A stretch of 63,720 bases of DNA, counting the filler, from Octopus bimaculoides (Eukaryota), in assembly GCF_001194135.2 (NCBI RefSeq). It is 7 parts of 5 records of this genome, joined end to end, with 100 filler letters (N's around TTAATTAATTAA, not from the genome) between each part and the next. Parts side by side here need not be neighbours in the genome. Positions count along the whole stretch, not along the records: positions 24,242 to 45,011 come from NC_068988.1; positions 45,112 to 56,455 come from NC_068988.1; 5 more parts are not named here. The stretch is one strand, 5' to 3'. Numbering within the stretch: the stretch's first letter is position 1; every line of letters begins with the position of its first letter. Both the position numbers and the translations under genes were made by a program. Positions 33,130 through 46,799 of this stretch are shown one piece after another. The notes under the pieces are model-generated. The model made no database searches. It saw nothing but the letters and a program-made list of their open reading frames with translations, and had not been told where the DNA came from.

Positions 33130-35100
33130 GCGTCTCAAATCAATTTTTTGATATGTCTCTGGAAAATGCCATGTGGCTTATAACAGAAAATACTTCTTTC
33201 AAGATGATGCAGATAGCAGCAGTTTCTTGAAAGTTTCCACAGTACTGCACTCTTCAGATGTGGTGAGTTGGCCACATTACTATCATTTTCTGTATCTGTT
33301 TTCCGCACTAACCTCAGACCTTTTAGTATAATCACCAACAGAAAATGACAAGAGTCAAGCTCGACAAGAATAAAAACGAAAGCCACGTCAATAGTTGTCC
33401 TTTGCCATTTACAGGTACCTATTGATCCTCAGTGAAAATAGAGTTTTGGAAATGGCTTGCAAGGATCATGAATAGTGCAGTCTGCGTGCTCCAATCTGAA
33501 CAGCTAAAACAAGTGACATTTGGAGCATTATACCAACGAAAACCATTGTTTCGGATAACAAATCAAAAACTTACAGAGAGATGAACCAACTGGAAACATT
33601 GAGTCGGAAGAAATACATCTCCTTGGTCATCCTTAGAACAGGAAAAACTTTTTAATCTTAATTCTTACAATAACTTCCTCCAGGCAAGTAGACTGCTATT
33701 TCGGTGACCTCATCTGGAATTGCTAAAACTTTGCTCACAGGTGCAAGATCTGCTCATTCCGTTTTCCAATTACTACTGACCTAGGAGACAATGTCAATCT
33801 TGTGCGTTATACTGGCGAAGGATCTTGACAAGTAAAGGTTCTCAAGCTGACTATACAGAAAGCAAAAGATGAAACAATGTCTCATAGGGTTGCATTTGAG
33901 ACTCTCAATCACACTTTACAAGATCGCAGAGGTACTAACTTAATGGATGATGTCACGCTTTTGATCTCGGAATGTCAGACAGACTCTACCATTCATACAA
34001 GCGAGTATACCTCCTTGTGAGAATTTTTCCCTTTTATAAGCAGTGTAAAACATTTATACGTAATATAAATTTAAGATTATAAATATNNNNNNNNNNNNNN
34101 NNNNNNNNNNNNNNNNNNNNNNNNNNNNNNNNNNNNNNNNNNNNNNNNNNNNNNNNNNNNNNNNNNNNNNNNNNNNNNNNNNNNNNNNNNNNNNNNNNNN
34201 NNNNNNNNNNNNNNNNNTATATATATATATATATATCAACTGATACCGATATTAATTTTTTAGTAAAAAATTTTTTATTTCTCTCAACACTGTACGAAAA
34301 TATTCACTCATAATAGAAACATGCAATAAATCAGCTTTAGACACGCATACACACTGCAACATAAATATATAAATATAAACAACAACAGATTTGCATTTTA
34401 TAGAGATATCTCTGCAGCCAAGTTTGAAACAATATCATTTAAGATGGAATCAACACTGAGAATGGAGACATCAAAATACCAAATGAAATTGTGGAAAAAT
34501 CATCGACACACCACAAGAATTACTTTTGAATGTTAATCGTATTTATCTTAGCCTCGCATAGAATAAAATTACCCGAATGTATCTTCCTTGCTCCCCAAAG
34601 CAATATATTGCAAGATATCTATGACACTATCACTCAACAGACATCAGTCCAATGCGGATAGTACATATCAGTTGACATTGAATTTCATATTAAAGATGCA
34701 GCAAACCATCCAAAAGAGTTTTTCAGTTATCTTCAACCCGCTGCTACGTGGCCTTACAAACAACCAGAAACTAAAATAAATAGACATTCGTTATGTTACT
34801 TCGAAATTTGGATGTACTAAATCTCGCGACACAAAAGGACTAGTAATCAAAACTCTTGTCTCTCTACGACATTGAATCCATCATTATGATTGGATTTCCA
34901 ATGCAGAGATGTTTTTATTTCACCTGTTTCTTTCCTCCCAACAAATACATAATTCCAGTTAAGCTACCATTTGTTCCCTAAGCCATTTTTGTATCATTAA
35001 CACGTCTCTGAACAGGTTCGCAGGGTTTCCAGTAGTTGAATATACAGGTACATCTTTCTTTCATATACTGTTCTGTGTCGATATTCATGTATTGTGACAG
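33130..35100 (+). mobile_element. Helitron Rep/Hel PIF1-helicase fragment, degenerate and interrupted
   Basis: TGKTF; SSGIAKTLLTGARSAHSVF; DETMSHRVAFETL; RQTLP; after the 34018-34385 insertion FLAPQSN, NHPKEFF, VMLLRNLD. These match PIF1 motifs of Helitrons. Confidence 0.85.
34018..34385. repeat. Small repeat with internal (TA)n, copy 1, inserted in the Helitron
   Basis: tgagaattt..cccttttataagcagtgtaaa...ctgcaacataaatatataaa.ataaacaacaa, near-identical to 35182-35409. Confidence 0.88.
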
Positions 35101-35181
35101 ATACTGTTTCATCAGAAAACCGACTGCAGATTAATGAATGGTGACTGCCCCACAGCTCTAGCTGAGTAAAACTCACACATA

Positions 35182-35409
35182 TGAGAATTTTCCCCTTTTA
35201 TAAGCAGTGTAAAGTCTTTATACGTAATATAAATTTAAGAGTATAAAGATATATATATATTAAGCGATACCGATCTTAATTTTTTAGTAAAAAAATTTTA
35301 ATTTCTCTCAACACTGTACGAACATATTCACTCATAATAGAAACATGCAATAAATCAGCTTTAGACACGCATACACACTGCAACATAAATATATAAACAT
35401 AAACAACAA
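35182..35409. repeat. Small repeat with internal (TA)n, copy 2 (direct orientation)
   Basis: See copy 1; shorter TA tract. Confidence 0.88.
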
Positions 35410-35463
35410 GCACTGCGTAATTTGATTAAATTTTAGTTTCTACATTTTCCGCCCTTCTATGTA

Positions 35464-35655
35464 TGAGGAGATGCTGAACAGTTCCTGGCTTTGGGTAAAA
35501 AAAAATACAGGAGGGTCAGTTAATTTTGATTTTATTCAAACAGTTATGACAGTGATCCTGCAGTTTTTCTAAGTCCTGTAAAAAAAAACTTGAAATGTCG
35601 GGCCTCCAGCCAGGCCTTTCGCAAGACTCTTAAGGCAAGGAAATGTTCAGTACAT
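35464..35655. mobile_element. Mariner-type MITE, second copy
   Basis: agttcctggcttt..gtaaaa..aaatacaggagg.tcagtt...cagtttttctaag.cctgtaaaa...ccaggccttt shared with 1295-1511. Confidence 0.6.
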
Positions 35656-36139
35656 AGATACATACATTCTACATATACNNNNNNNNNNNNNNNNNNNNNN
35701 NNNNNNNNNNNNNNNNNNNNNNNNNNNNNNNNNNNNNNNNNNNNNNNNNNNNNNNNNNNNNNNNNNNNNNNNNNNNNNNNNNNNNNNNNNNNNNNNNNNN
35801 NNNNNNNNNNNNNNNNNNNNNNNNNNNNNNNNNNNNNNNNNNNNNNNNNNNNNNNNNNNNNNNNNNNNNNNNNNNNNNNNNNNNNNNNNNNNNNNNNNNN
35901 NNNNNNTATATATATGTATATTTGTAGGTGTACAGTAGCAGTTATTGAGAAATACCATTGATTTCATATCTAGCGTGAACTAGACATAACTTAAGTTTCT
36001 CTAAACCATAACTGTTCTCTGCAAAGAATGGTTTTATAAAAACAGAGGAACGCCGGTGATAGTTGGAGAAATATTCCTCTTGAAAAATTATGGCTGGGCA
36101 AGTTGTGTTCCTTCGCTTGATAGTTAGGTTTTCTAATTT

Positions 36140-36822
36140 TGAAGTAAAAAAAATTCCGAAAATGTGGAAAACTTGCCACAGCTTCCGTTCTGGAGTTCAG
36201 GTAGCCTCCTGGCTCATGTGACTTCATAAGGATTATATATTTTTCTGCCATACATAATTTACATAGTCTTGTTCCATTGCGATAGGCTCCACAAGTTTCT
36301 AATAATTTCCACCTGATGTTAAAGGGCGTATGATCGTCCTTTAGGCACTATACATATGCTGCGAGTGTCGTTGTGTTGCGTTTCTCCGGGACCCTGAAAG
36401 AAGATCTGTGTTTGTTCAGGCGAATTTTAAATTTGGATCCACAAGATCTAACATATATTTCAGTGTGTGTCCCTGTGTTGGCATTGATGTTACTGTTATT
36501 TGTGCTGTTCCTGTTTGAGGCTACTTTTGCTTGGTACACTGTAGCGTCGGTGTTACATTGGCCGTACACTGGGCATACACTTCCTATTCTGCATGAACAA
36601 CCTGCCTCTGTCCGTGGTTTAGGAGTGCTAAGTAATTTTTTCTTAGCATTGAGTGCACAACTGAAAGAGATCTTTAGATTATGCCTGTTAAAGATCTTTC
36701 TATATTTGTGTGATCGCGTGAAATGCTTTTCCTCCAACCTAAGAAGAATCTTACCTACGCATGTCCGGACGTTTAGGGAGTAGGAGGAGCGAACCATAAG
36801 GACTTGCGGTGACGTTTCGTTT
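36140..36822 (-). pseudogene. Penelope-like element (Naiad-type) RT-thumb/linker/GIY-YIG fragment
   Basis: [42 protein letters not shown]; CSCR..CPVYGQC; VYQA...YV(R)..[12 protein letters not shown]; WKLLE..AY.NG..CKLCMAEK..LNSRTE. One frameshift, one TAG. Confidence 0.85.
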
Positions 36823-37465
<643 letters not shown>

Positions 37466-37936
37466 TATTTCAAGTGTTCTTGTGTTCTTCTATTGCGCCA
37501 ATGGTAAACGCTAGATTATCAGATTAAGAGATTTACCATATTAACCTACTTTTCCCCGATGCCTTTGCTGAAAAGAGAATTATCTGTCAAAAATATAATC
37601 ATCAGTATACGACCTAAGTATGACACCGATATATTCACTTATGATATGATATATGATATATTAAGTTACCATGTGACATAGCGGGTGGTCTTTCGAAAAT
37701 AGCGTTATGTGACGTTTGCAAAAAAAAAATCCCTTCTTATTAGTTATATTTATTGTTGCTTATTTTACGCTTATTTTATTCCCAGGGGGCGTTCATCGAC
37801 ATCTATGAGTAATGATACTTATAACATGATCAACAGTTATTATTATTATTTATTATTATTTATTTTTTTATTGAAATATACAATTTATCTTACCGTTTTG
37901 AAAAAAAATATGCTGATATTACATGTAGATTCGAAA

Positions 37937-38166
37937 GCGGTGACCTGGCAGAAACCATAGCAATCTGGGCGAAATGCTCAGTGGTATTTCGTCTGCCGCT
38001 ACGTTCTGAGTTCAAATTCCGCCGAGGTCGACTTTGCCTTTCATCCGTTTTAGGTTGGTAAATTAAGTACCAGTTACGCACTGGGGTCGTGGTAATCGAC
38101 TTAATCTCTTTGTCTGTCCTTGTTTGTCCCCTCTATGTTTAGCCCCTTGTGGGCAATAAAGAAATA
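37937..38166 (+). mobile_element. Family A tRNA-derived SINE, long-tail variant
   Basis: B box gagttcaaattcc, central gtcgactttgcctttcatcc...aaattaagtaccag, tail gtttagccccttgtgggcaataaagaaata. Confidence 0.85.
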
Positions 38167-38349
38167 AGAAACCTTAGCACGCCGGGCCAAACGCTTAGTG
38201 GCATTTCCTCCGTTTTTACATTTTTGAGTTCAAATTCTGCTTAGGTAGATATTGCCTTTCATCCTTTCGGGGGTCGATAAAATAAGTGCCAGCACTGGGG
38301 CCAATGTTGTCGACTTTACCCCTTCCCCGAACTAGCCAAAATTTGAAAC
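38167..38349 (+). mobile_element. Family A SINE, head-to-tail with the previous copy
   Basis: ttagcacgccggg...gagttcaaattct...tttcatcctttcggggg tcgataaaataagt...ccaaaatttgaaac. Confidence 0.75.
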
Positions 38350-38589
38350 TGATATTTCGTGTAGATTTTGATGTTATTTGTCAGTTCAAAAACGTTCATT
38401 GGTTTGCTTGTCTTATTGATTTACGAGGTGCATTCCCCACGTCTTGAGACCTTTTTTTTTGTTTTAGGTGTAGCAGTTATAACAGTGCTATATTATTATA
38501 ATTTTAGTATATCATTTCAATTCATTTAATAACCTGACCTGCCAACGTTTACGATTCCAAATGGAAAGGAACGGCTGTAACAGCACGTT

Positions 38590-38885
38590 GAATAGCAATG
38601 CACCAGTCCACATTTCTATCATGGCAACCAGCAACTTAACAGAGATGAGCATCAAAACTGCACCTCAATCTCCCTACAGTGCAAACCTTGCATCCTGTGG
38701 TTTTTGTTCTTCCTCAAGCTGAAACAGAAGATGAAGGAGACTGTGACAAGAGTACTGGAAACCTTCAATTTGAAGGGCGGCTTCCATGGTGTCTTCACGA
38801 AATGACTGTAGCGCGACAACAGTACACTAAAGTCAAAGGATTCTACTTTGAAGGAGATTAGAGTTTTGTACTTGTTTGAAATTGA
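38590..38885 (+). mobile_element. Mariner transposase C-terminal fragment
   Basis: NAPVHISIMAT..LTEMSIKTAPQSPYSANLASCGF..KLK..FHGVF..YFEGD*, matching DNAP.H...PYSPDLAPCDF..FPKLK...YFEGD. Confidence 0.7.
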
Positions 38886-39559
38886 TAAATGCCTCCCTTG
38901 AAAAAAGTCTCATAACTTCTAGAAAGCATCTTGCATTTTATATCATATATGTTGTTGTATTTAATGAAATGATGCTGTTGCTGTCGGCATTATTGTCGTA
39001 GTTGTTGTCCATGACGTCATCGCCCTTTCTAAATCTAAAGCATTGCAGCCACAACTATTCTGAACATTCTTTTTTTTACTAGCATTATGTATCTTCGACT
39101 ACATTAACCAATGCATTTTCCTCTTTTCTAGAACAGTAACTGGAGTGTGAATTGAAAATTGAGCTGCTGTTTGTGGCTGACTGAATAACCGCCAAGAATA
39201 TTCCTCGTTAACTCTCTCCATCTTATTTACATGATGTAAAACAACATTTTTCTCTCTGTCTTCTACAAGCAGGTTATATTGAAATTCCCCAGATAAAATA
39301 GAAACATTGATGGAAACTTATAGAGAATCATTAAAAATAAACTTTCTTCGGTAATCGTTATTTTCCTGAAACGTTTGATACTTAAGATAATGTGAATTCG
39401 AATGTAGTGGTTACTGAAGGCGCAGTCTCGAGCGAGAACAGCTTTGAATACTATATTAATTGTTATCCATTATTTTGTCTGTTCAGCAAGAAGTAAGCAA
39501 TTTAAATTAAGGAACAAAATAGAAAGCGAATTCTGCCGAAAATATCATTCAGCTACGGT

Positions 39560-40620
39560 CCGAGAGACGACTGAAATGTTCATAGTGTCACTAAGATACT
39601 CATGGAATGTGAGTAAATGAGGTTTATTTTTCAACATAGTCCCTCTTGCAATTCACTCACTTCTCCCATCGGTGTTGCGTTGCTTGGATCCTATTGATAC
39701 AGAAACTTTCATCCTACTGGTCAAAAAAGTCAACAACAGGTATGACATCACCATCATTACCATATATGTTCCCAACCAAGTATCATTTTATGCAGGAGAA
39801 TATATAATAGTCAGATTAGGCCAAATAAGGAGAAAAGGGAGGATCATCAGCCAGTTAAAAACCACAGTCACGCACAGCAGCCATTGAAACCAACGTCTTG
39901 TGTGCTGGAGCATGATCCGGATGAAACGCGACTCCTTTCGTTGTTTTTCCTGGAAGCTTGGCCTTGATAGCCTTTTGTAACTGCCTCAGCAAGTTGGCAG
40001 AATATTCTCCATAGATGGTGTGTCTCTTTTGAAGATAGTCAAACACAATGCGTTTCATGTCCCAAAATATTGAGCCCATCACCTTCCCTGCAGATGGAAA
40101 CTTTGACCTTCCTTGGTCTTTGTGTCTTTGTCTCTGGCTAAAAGTGGTGAACCCAACTCTCATCCTGGCTTAGCAAACGCTCAAGGAAACTAGCTGGATC
40201 TGAATTTCCCGTCATGTGATAAACCTGGTGCGCTTTTAATCAGTTGTCTGAAGACGTGGCACCGACCAAGCAGAAATGTTCCTAATGCCAACTCCATTGG
40301 GCTGAATATTCTCACCTCCCTCACAGGATATGCTAATTGCACTGGTTATATGATTTATAGTTAATCACCTGCCATAACTCAAAATATGATAAACATGATC
40401 AATGTTTTCCTTGGGGATAGCAATTTCAGGACATCCCACTTTGGGTCATGTTCAACACTCCATTCTCATCCTAAATTCAGCGGCCCACTTTTGTATTACT
40501 TCTAAAAGCTGGAACACCATCTGCTAATGTAGATACCATATCAGCATGAATGTTGTTGGGAGCTAAACCCATTTTTGCAGGTACAGTAATGAATCGCTAC
40601 ATCACGGTTCACTTATTATG
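39560..40620 (-). mobile_element. Degenerate mariner, irritans (Himar1)-like
   Basis: SAGKVMGSIFWD..FDYLQK..TI.GEY..LLRQL..FHPDHAPAHK; N-terminal GLAP..IHADMV; C-terminal RWEK...DYVEK*; TIR remnant at 39561. Confidence 0.85.
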
Positions 40621-42250
40621 CGCTCAGTACATCATGGATTCAGTATATCCGGGTTCCTGCGGCTGATAAGTGTTTATATTATTTTAGATTTCAATTATTT
40701 CTGTGGAAGATTATGGAACATAACACTTGCAATAGTCGAGGGATTATTGTACTTCATGACACCACGATGCCACTAGTTACTTTTGAAAGCCATTTTGAAC
40801 AGTCAAATGGCAGTTTAGCTGGGATGAAACAATATAGTTATTAATTAGAAGAGCTGAAAACAGCACATGCAATAGTTCACAGGTCTTGCATCACTCCTTG
40901 TTAATCAGCCTTAAACTTTTCAGCCTACCTTCATACATTGATAACGCTTTAACAAATATTAATGTTTCATATATCTTTAATTTGATATCAGAGAATAGTA
41001 GGTATGACTAGACATGAGCACAATGTTCCAGTGTAGAAATTACAGTAGCTGTCACTGAATTGTGAGCAGAGCAAAAGCATATCCACAATAAAATACATCA
41101 TACTTAATTTAAATAATCTAAATTATATCCTTATATAACCACTCATGCACACAAACACACATCATGCGAATGAGTTTTTTCTCACCTCTCTGCACACATA
41201 TCATTCTCATCCTTTTTCCTACTGTTAATATAGTTGTTACAATGTCTTTCGATCCTTTTGTCTATTTACTTCGACCTACATTACAAATACAGTTGTTATT
41301 AATAATTGTTCCTATCCAGGCCTCGAGATCAAGTTTAAACTTATACTTCCGTATGTCCTGCAAGGACTACAAGTCTGACACAATGGCTTAGAAGAAAAGT
41401 ATACCTTTAATATTGAGTGATGTTGGATATTCTGAAGGAAAACTACGATATCGGACGTATGTTACTTCATATTCATTGTACAATCAATAGCCTCACTCAA
41501 GGTGACAGTTCTATCTCGAAATTTCCGGTGAATGTGAAAGGTTGTCGTCTCTTTGTTAGTTATCATGTGTCCTTTCTTTCAACGTATCAATAAACAAACA
41601 CTTTAGTTTCGTGTTAATTCATAAGGGTGTAAGAGCGCAAGGTGGTTGGATGTGTGATGAAGCTATGCTATCATTGTAAACACCAATAAACTACATGTAG
41701 TACTCATTTAGTTTGGCAATCCGCTATCAAGTTTTTCATTTTATCTCGTAATCTATTCCTGTTTATTTCCCTCGCCCCTCTCTCCTAATTTATCTCCCTC
41801 TCCTTCTCTCTCTCACACACACTCTCTCTCCCTCATTCTTCTCAAAAACACCCTTTCACACACATTCCTTTTCTTTGTATATCTAAGGACACACAGACGT
41901 GTGCACCGGCGAGTGAGAACGCACATATGCGAAAGCACGCGGGCAAGTTAAATATATACACACATTCTCTCTCCTCCATGTATCACTTTTTCTCTCTCTT
42001 TCTCATCATATATATATATATATATATATCCAGAGAGAGAGAGAGAGAAAGATTCACCTTTATTCCCTACGTTGTTAAATCACTATGATTAATGTGATAT
42101 CCATAATACTGCACTGTCAATCTCATATTCAACCATGAAGATGGAACAAGACATTGAGATAGTATTTGTTTTCTCGTGTATCATTTAACAAATCACGAGA
42201 TATTCAGTGATATCACACCGAATTTATGTTATATAGGATACTATTGTTGC

Positions 42251-42490
42251 GGAGGCAGGTGGCTTAGTGTTTACAGTATTGCACTCGCGATTATAAGATT
42301 GAGGATTTAATTCCTCGACCGGGCGATGCGTTGTGTTCTTCAACTTCATTTATTTCACGCTGCTCCTGTTGATTCAGCTGGCAAAACTGAGTAATCCTGC
42401 GACGGACAGGTTTCGTCCTGGCGAGGAATATATACGCCACTGAATCCAGGAGACCGGTCTTATAAGCCTACGGTTGAAAAAAGACCTGTA
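42251..42490 (+). mobile_element. Diverged tRNA/CORE-like SINE (family C)
   Basis: ggaggcaggtggcttagtg...ttcctcgaccgggcgatgcgttgtgttctt. Confidence 0.5.
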
Positions 42491-42523
42491 ATATTTTTGA
42501 TTGTTGTTGTTTAGCGCCAGTGT

Positions 42524-42650
42524 GGAGGTACGTGGACTAGTGGTTAGAAATGTTCATCTCGTGATCATTACGTGTGCCTTCAATTATCGGATGGTGTGCT
42601 GCGTTGTTTCCTTGAGCAAAGAACTTCATTTTACGTTGCCCTTTTACACT
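42524..42650 (+). mobile_element. Diverged tRNA/CORE-like SINE head (family C)
   Basis: ggaggtacgtggactagtggttag...ttgtttccttgagcaaagaacttcattttacgttgc. Confidence 0.45.
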
Positions 42651-43636
42651 TAGCTGAAAATATTTACAAGCATCCGCACGTTAACTCTGCGACCAACTGA
42701 TGCCCTTCTCAGAGAGTGAGGCATGTGTAGCACAAAGGCCTTAAGATCTGAAGAGGATCCCGCTTCGAGACCCAGACTCTGTTTGAAGAGACTGGTGACC
42801 GAAGGTATTCTCGACTTGAGCATCTTATATTTCTTTTTCATGTATTCAGTGTAAGTGTAGTCACAGGTCTTATGTGTTCTTTAGTAAGACGGTGAGATGT
42901 GATGTGATTAGAGGGACTTGTAGCTACCATATTCATTGGTTCGTTTCATATCAGATAAGATTTTCAGAGGGAAGTATCGCTTAGATTCAGATAGATATAA
43001 TACAGAGTTTGCTAGTTCAGGGAAGCAAAAAATGTAGTAGTAGTAGTAGTAGTAGTAGTTGTTGTTGTTGTTGTTGTTGTTGTTGCAGTGACAGAAGGAG
43101 GATATTAAAGTGAAAGGAGCAGGAAGTATAGGAGGAGTGAGGACGAAGATGGAAGAAGAGGTGAATTAGGAAAAGTATCGGTGTATAGTGTAAGTAAAGG
43201 TTTATAACACAGACAGACAGACGGATAGATGCACATGCACACACACACACTCGCGCGCGCGCAAACACACACACGCGCAAACACACACACGTGCAAACAC
43301 ACACGCGCCAACACACACATATATATACATATAATCTGCTTTAATCTCTAATTAAACCTAACGAAATTCCAACTAAACTGCCTGCATATACGCAATATAA
43401 TTCTGTAAGAAAAGTGTAGCAATCAGGAAAATCCCTGCACCAGTAACAATACTCTCACTACAATCAAGAGATGAAGAGAAGCACTACCAAAACGCTAAGG
43501 ACAGTGACAATGGTCAAAGACAACAACAAAGGACCGAGATATACTCGCTGTAAACAAGAAACATCCCTCTCTAAATTGCTTGATGAAATATTTGCACCCA
43601 CTCTGTGATTTTTCATTTGCAGATCATAGACATATA

Positions 43637-44357
43637 TTGGGTCATTCCATAAATAATGATTTTTTTTTTTAATTGAATAACCTAAAAGTCAGAGGGAGAC
43701 GGGATAAACTACCTACTTCAACTTGCTATCAAAGCAGGTAAGTTCTCTATAAAAATGTCAAGCGAAGACGGTGGGCAGGAACAGGAGAAACACCTGCACC
43801 TCAGGCTAAATAAGGTCTTCACCCACGTAAGGGGTTATTATCTGTTTGGTGGGATATGAAAGGTTTAGTCAACTTTGGAATTTTAAACCCAAACCTACTG
43901 CGAGATCTACTGCGAGCAGCTTGAGCAGCTTAAGTCAACGCAAGAAGTAAAACGACCATCTTTGGCTTCAAGACGAAAGGTGTTCTTCCATCAAGATAAT
44001 GCTCGGCCACATGCAGCAAGGAAGACATGCTAAAGGCTGGAGCAGTTTGAATGTGAAACGATGCTTCACCCACCATATTCGCCGGAGATTGCCCTATCTG
44101 ATTATCGTTTATTACGCAGTCTTCAAAATTATTCGGGGCGAAAAATACCAATTCTGAGATCAGGAACAGTACTGGAGGAGTATCTTTCGTCACGGACAAG
44201 TGAATTTTGGAAGAGGAGCCTTGCAAGTCTACCAGATGGACGTTCGTTGTAGAAAATGAAGGAGAATATATTTTAGTTTAAAAAAGAACTTTCTTTATCT
44301 TAATTTTGAAAAATAAAAGAAGTATAGAAAAATCGCATTCTTTATGGGATGAACAAA
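43637..44357 (+). mobile_element. Internally deleted mariner (721 bp)
   Basis: TA|TTGGGTCATTCCATAAATAATG ... CATTCTTTATGGGATGAACAAA|TA; FFHQDNARPHAA and LHPPYSPEIALSDY motifs. Confidence 0.85.
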
Positions 44358-44704
44358 TATTTAGTCTTAACGTCAAATATCGTGCTACATAGGATGAAAC
44401 AATAGTTTCAAATTGTGGCACAAGGCCAGCATTTTCAGAAAAGGAGACTCATTGATTTCATCAATCCTAGTGCCCGACCGGTTCTTATTTTATCGATTCC
44501 TGAAGGGTGTAAAGCAAAGTCGAGCTCGATGGAATTTGGAAAATAACGTAGAAACAGATGAGATGCCACTGAGCAGTTTGTGCAGTATACAAACGCTTCT
44601 GCAAGCTCAGTGCCTTGCTGTTTCTTGAATTAAGAATGTTGTATTCTGTATGCTTATGTCTTGTTCTGGAGGACACACAAAGCGAGAGGGAGAGAGAGAG
44701 GGGG

Positions 44705-44735
<31 letters not shown>

Positions 44736-44753
44736 TGTGTGTTTGTGTGTGTT

Positions 44754-44797
<44 letters not shown>

Positions 44798-45011
44798 AGT
44801 GAGTGTGTGCGTGCCTCTGTGCCCAAAGATTGAGAGAACTGCAGAGATGTGAGATGTACACTTTGCTCAAAACAAGGCACGATTCCCACACTGTTCAAGA
44901 ATCGATTTCCATATCACTGTTGAAAGTGTAACGAGCTCATCAACAGAAGTATATTTAAGTGCGTGTGTGAGGGTTAGAAGCAAGTATATTTATATGCTTA
45001 TCTATCTATCT

Positions 45012-45111
45012 NNNNNNNNNNNNNNNNNNNNNNNNNNNNNNNNNNNNNNNNNNNNTTAATTAATTAANNNNNNNNNNNNNNNNNNNNNNNNNNNNNNNNN
45101 NNNNNNNNNNN
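45012..45111. other. Artificial 100-bp scaffolding linker
   Basis: N44-TTAATTAATTAA(45056-45067)-N44. Confidence 0.95.
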
Positions 45112-46500
45112 TATATATATAGTAACCTGAATGATGATAGTATAGCCTTGGGGATTTATTCACTTATTTTTGCATGAGAAGAAAAATTAACGTATACAGA
45201 CAGTTGTTTCATCATTTAAAAAAATAGAAAGATCTAAACTTCTATGCTCAATATATTGGTTAAGCCGGAATATCTAAGCAATATCCAGTTATTGAAAGAC
45301 ATTTCTGTTTTCTCTTACTTCAAAGCTAATTTGTCAATGCTGAGCAAATTTACGAAATAATCTTTTGTAATATTCCAATGAAGTGTAAGATTTTTAAAGA
45401 GAAGAAATAGCAAGTGTGAAGCTAAGGTTCTTCGCAAGAAAATCTGGAAGAAAATTACAAACTACAAATAAGATATAACATCAAAGACACAAATAGATGA
45501 TAGCATCGCAATGTGTCAGCAAAAAGGTTACAGCATAACATTAGAGTAGATTATCTGTCAGTAAATCTAGAAAACAAATATTGCCTTTCAGAATATCAGA
45601 TGATATTTATTAGCAGTGTTAGCGTCTTTATACCTCATAATGTCAAAGAAACCATAAATTTGCATTTATCTCCATGAATCAATTATCCTGTAATAATACT
45701 CTGTCAATACTTGTAGGGTCTATTTTTGCAAACTCAATAAATGAAGTATTTGAAATTAAATAATCAAAAAAATTGAACTAATTATTTCGCTACCAGTAAT
45801 ATCTTATGATTACACTAAATTTTAAAAAATAGAAATTTAAATTACAAATTTTTAAAAATCACACGGTTTATTAAATTGATACACTTAATATGTTTTTCTA
45901 TCAGACTGTCAAAGACAGACATTTGCGCCGGTGGCGATTAGTTAATATTATCAACCTCCAAAACTTGGCTGGTACTTTATTCTATCACTCAACCAGAAGA
46001 ATAAGAAAATATGATCGCGGTGAAATTTAAAATGACTAAGTAAATAGCCAAAACAGATACTGCACGTCAATTTGCAACAGGCTCCCACAATACTGATAAT
46101 CTATCGCCATTTTGACCTCACTAATATAAAAATAAAATTTATCAAAAATAATAACGTGCGATTAATTTATTATTCATGAAACTATCAAAAAATGTATTAC
46201 ATTAAAACATTAAGTTTCTTCTAAAAATTTGAATTCATTTCCAACTTATTCTGTTTATTTTATTCTAGTTCATGCATATTTTCTTTGAGCATAGAGATGA
46301 TTATATCTAGATGCAAGCTATTGTATATATTTTCTGGCCCGTTAATGTAACTCAATTTATAACCTGATTGTTGATAGCATTTATAAAAGTGTTTGTTGCT
46401 TTAACTGAAACAACGAGGTCGAAGTATGATAGCATTTAACATTCTGAGGTCCGAATCTGCCGGAACATATTAAAAATATATATGTACATTATATATATAT

Positions 46501-46537
<37 letters not shown>

Positions 46538-46665
46538 NNNNNNNNNNNNNNNNNNNNNNNNNNNNNNNNNNNNNNNNNNNNNNNNNNNNNNNNNNNNNNN
46601 NNNNNNNNNNNNNNNNNNNNNNNNNNNNNNNNNNNNNNNNNNNNNNNNNNNNNNNNNNNNNNNNN

Positions 46666-46707
<42 letters not shown>

Positions 46708-46799
46708 TGTGTGTGCGTGTGTGTATGTGTGTGTGTGTGTGTGTATGTATGTATATACTTAGATACATTTCGGTGAGAATTGGCTCACGTCATGACTAA

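Noticed and set aside
36140-36822. Selenocysteine recoding, reported for some Naiad elements
   Set aside because: The only in-frame stop is TAG at a Trp position; conserved Cys codons are TGT/TGC.
42745-42785. CTGAAGA-GGA(tcccgc)TTC-GAGA
   Set aside because: GAAA altered, no stem I or III.
43017-43320. PolyQ/polyL ORF
   Set aside because: Product of (TAG)n(TTG)n and CA repeats; no splice context.
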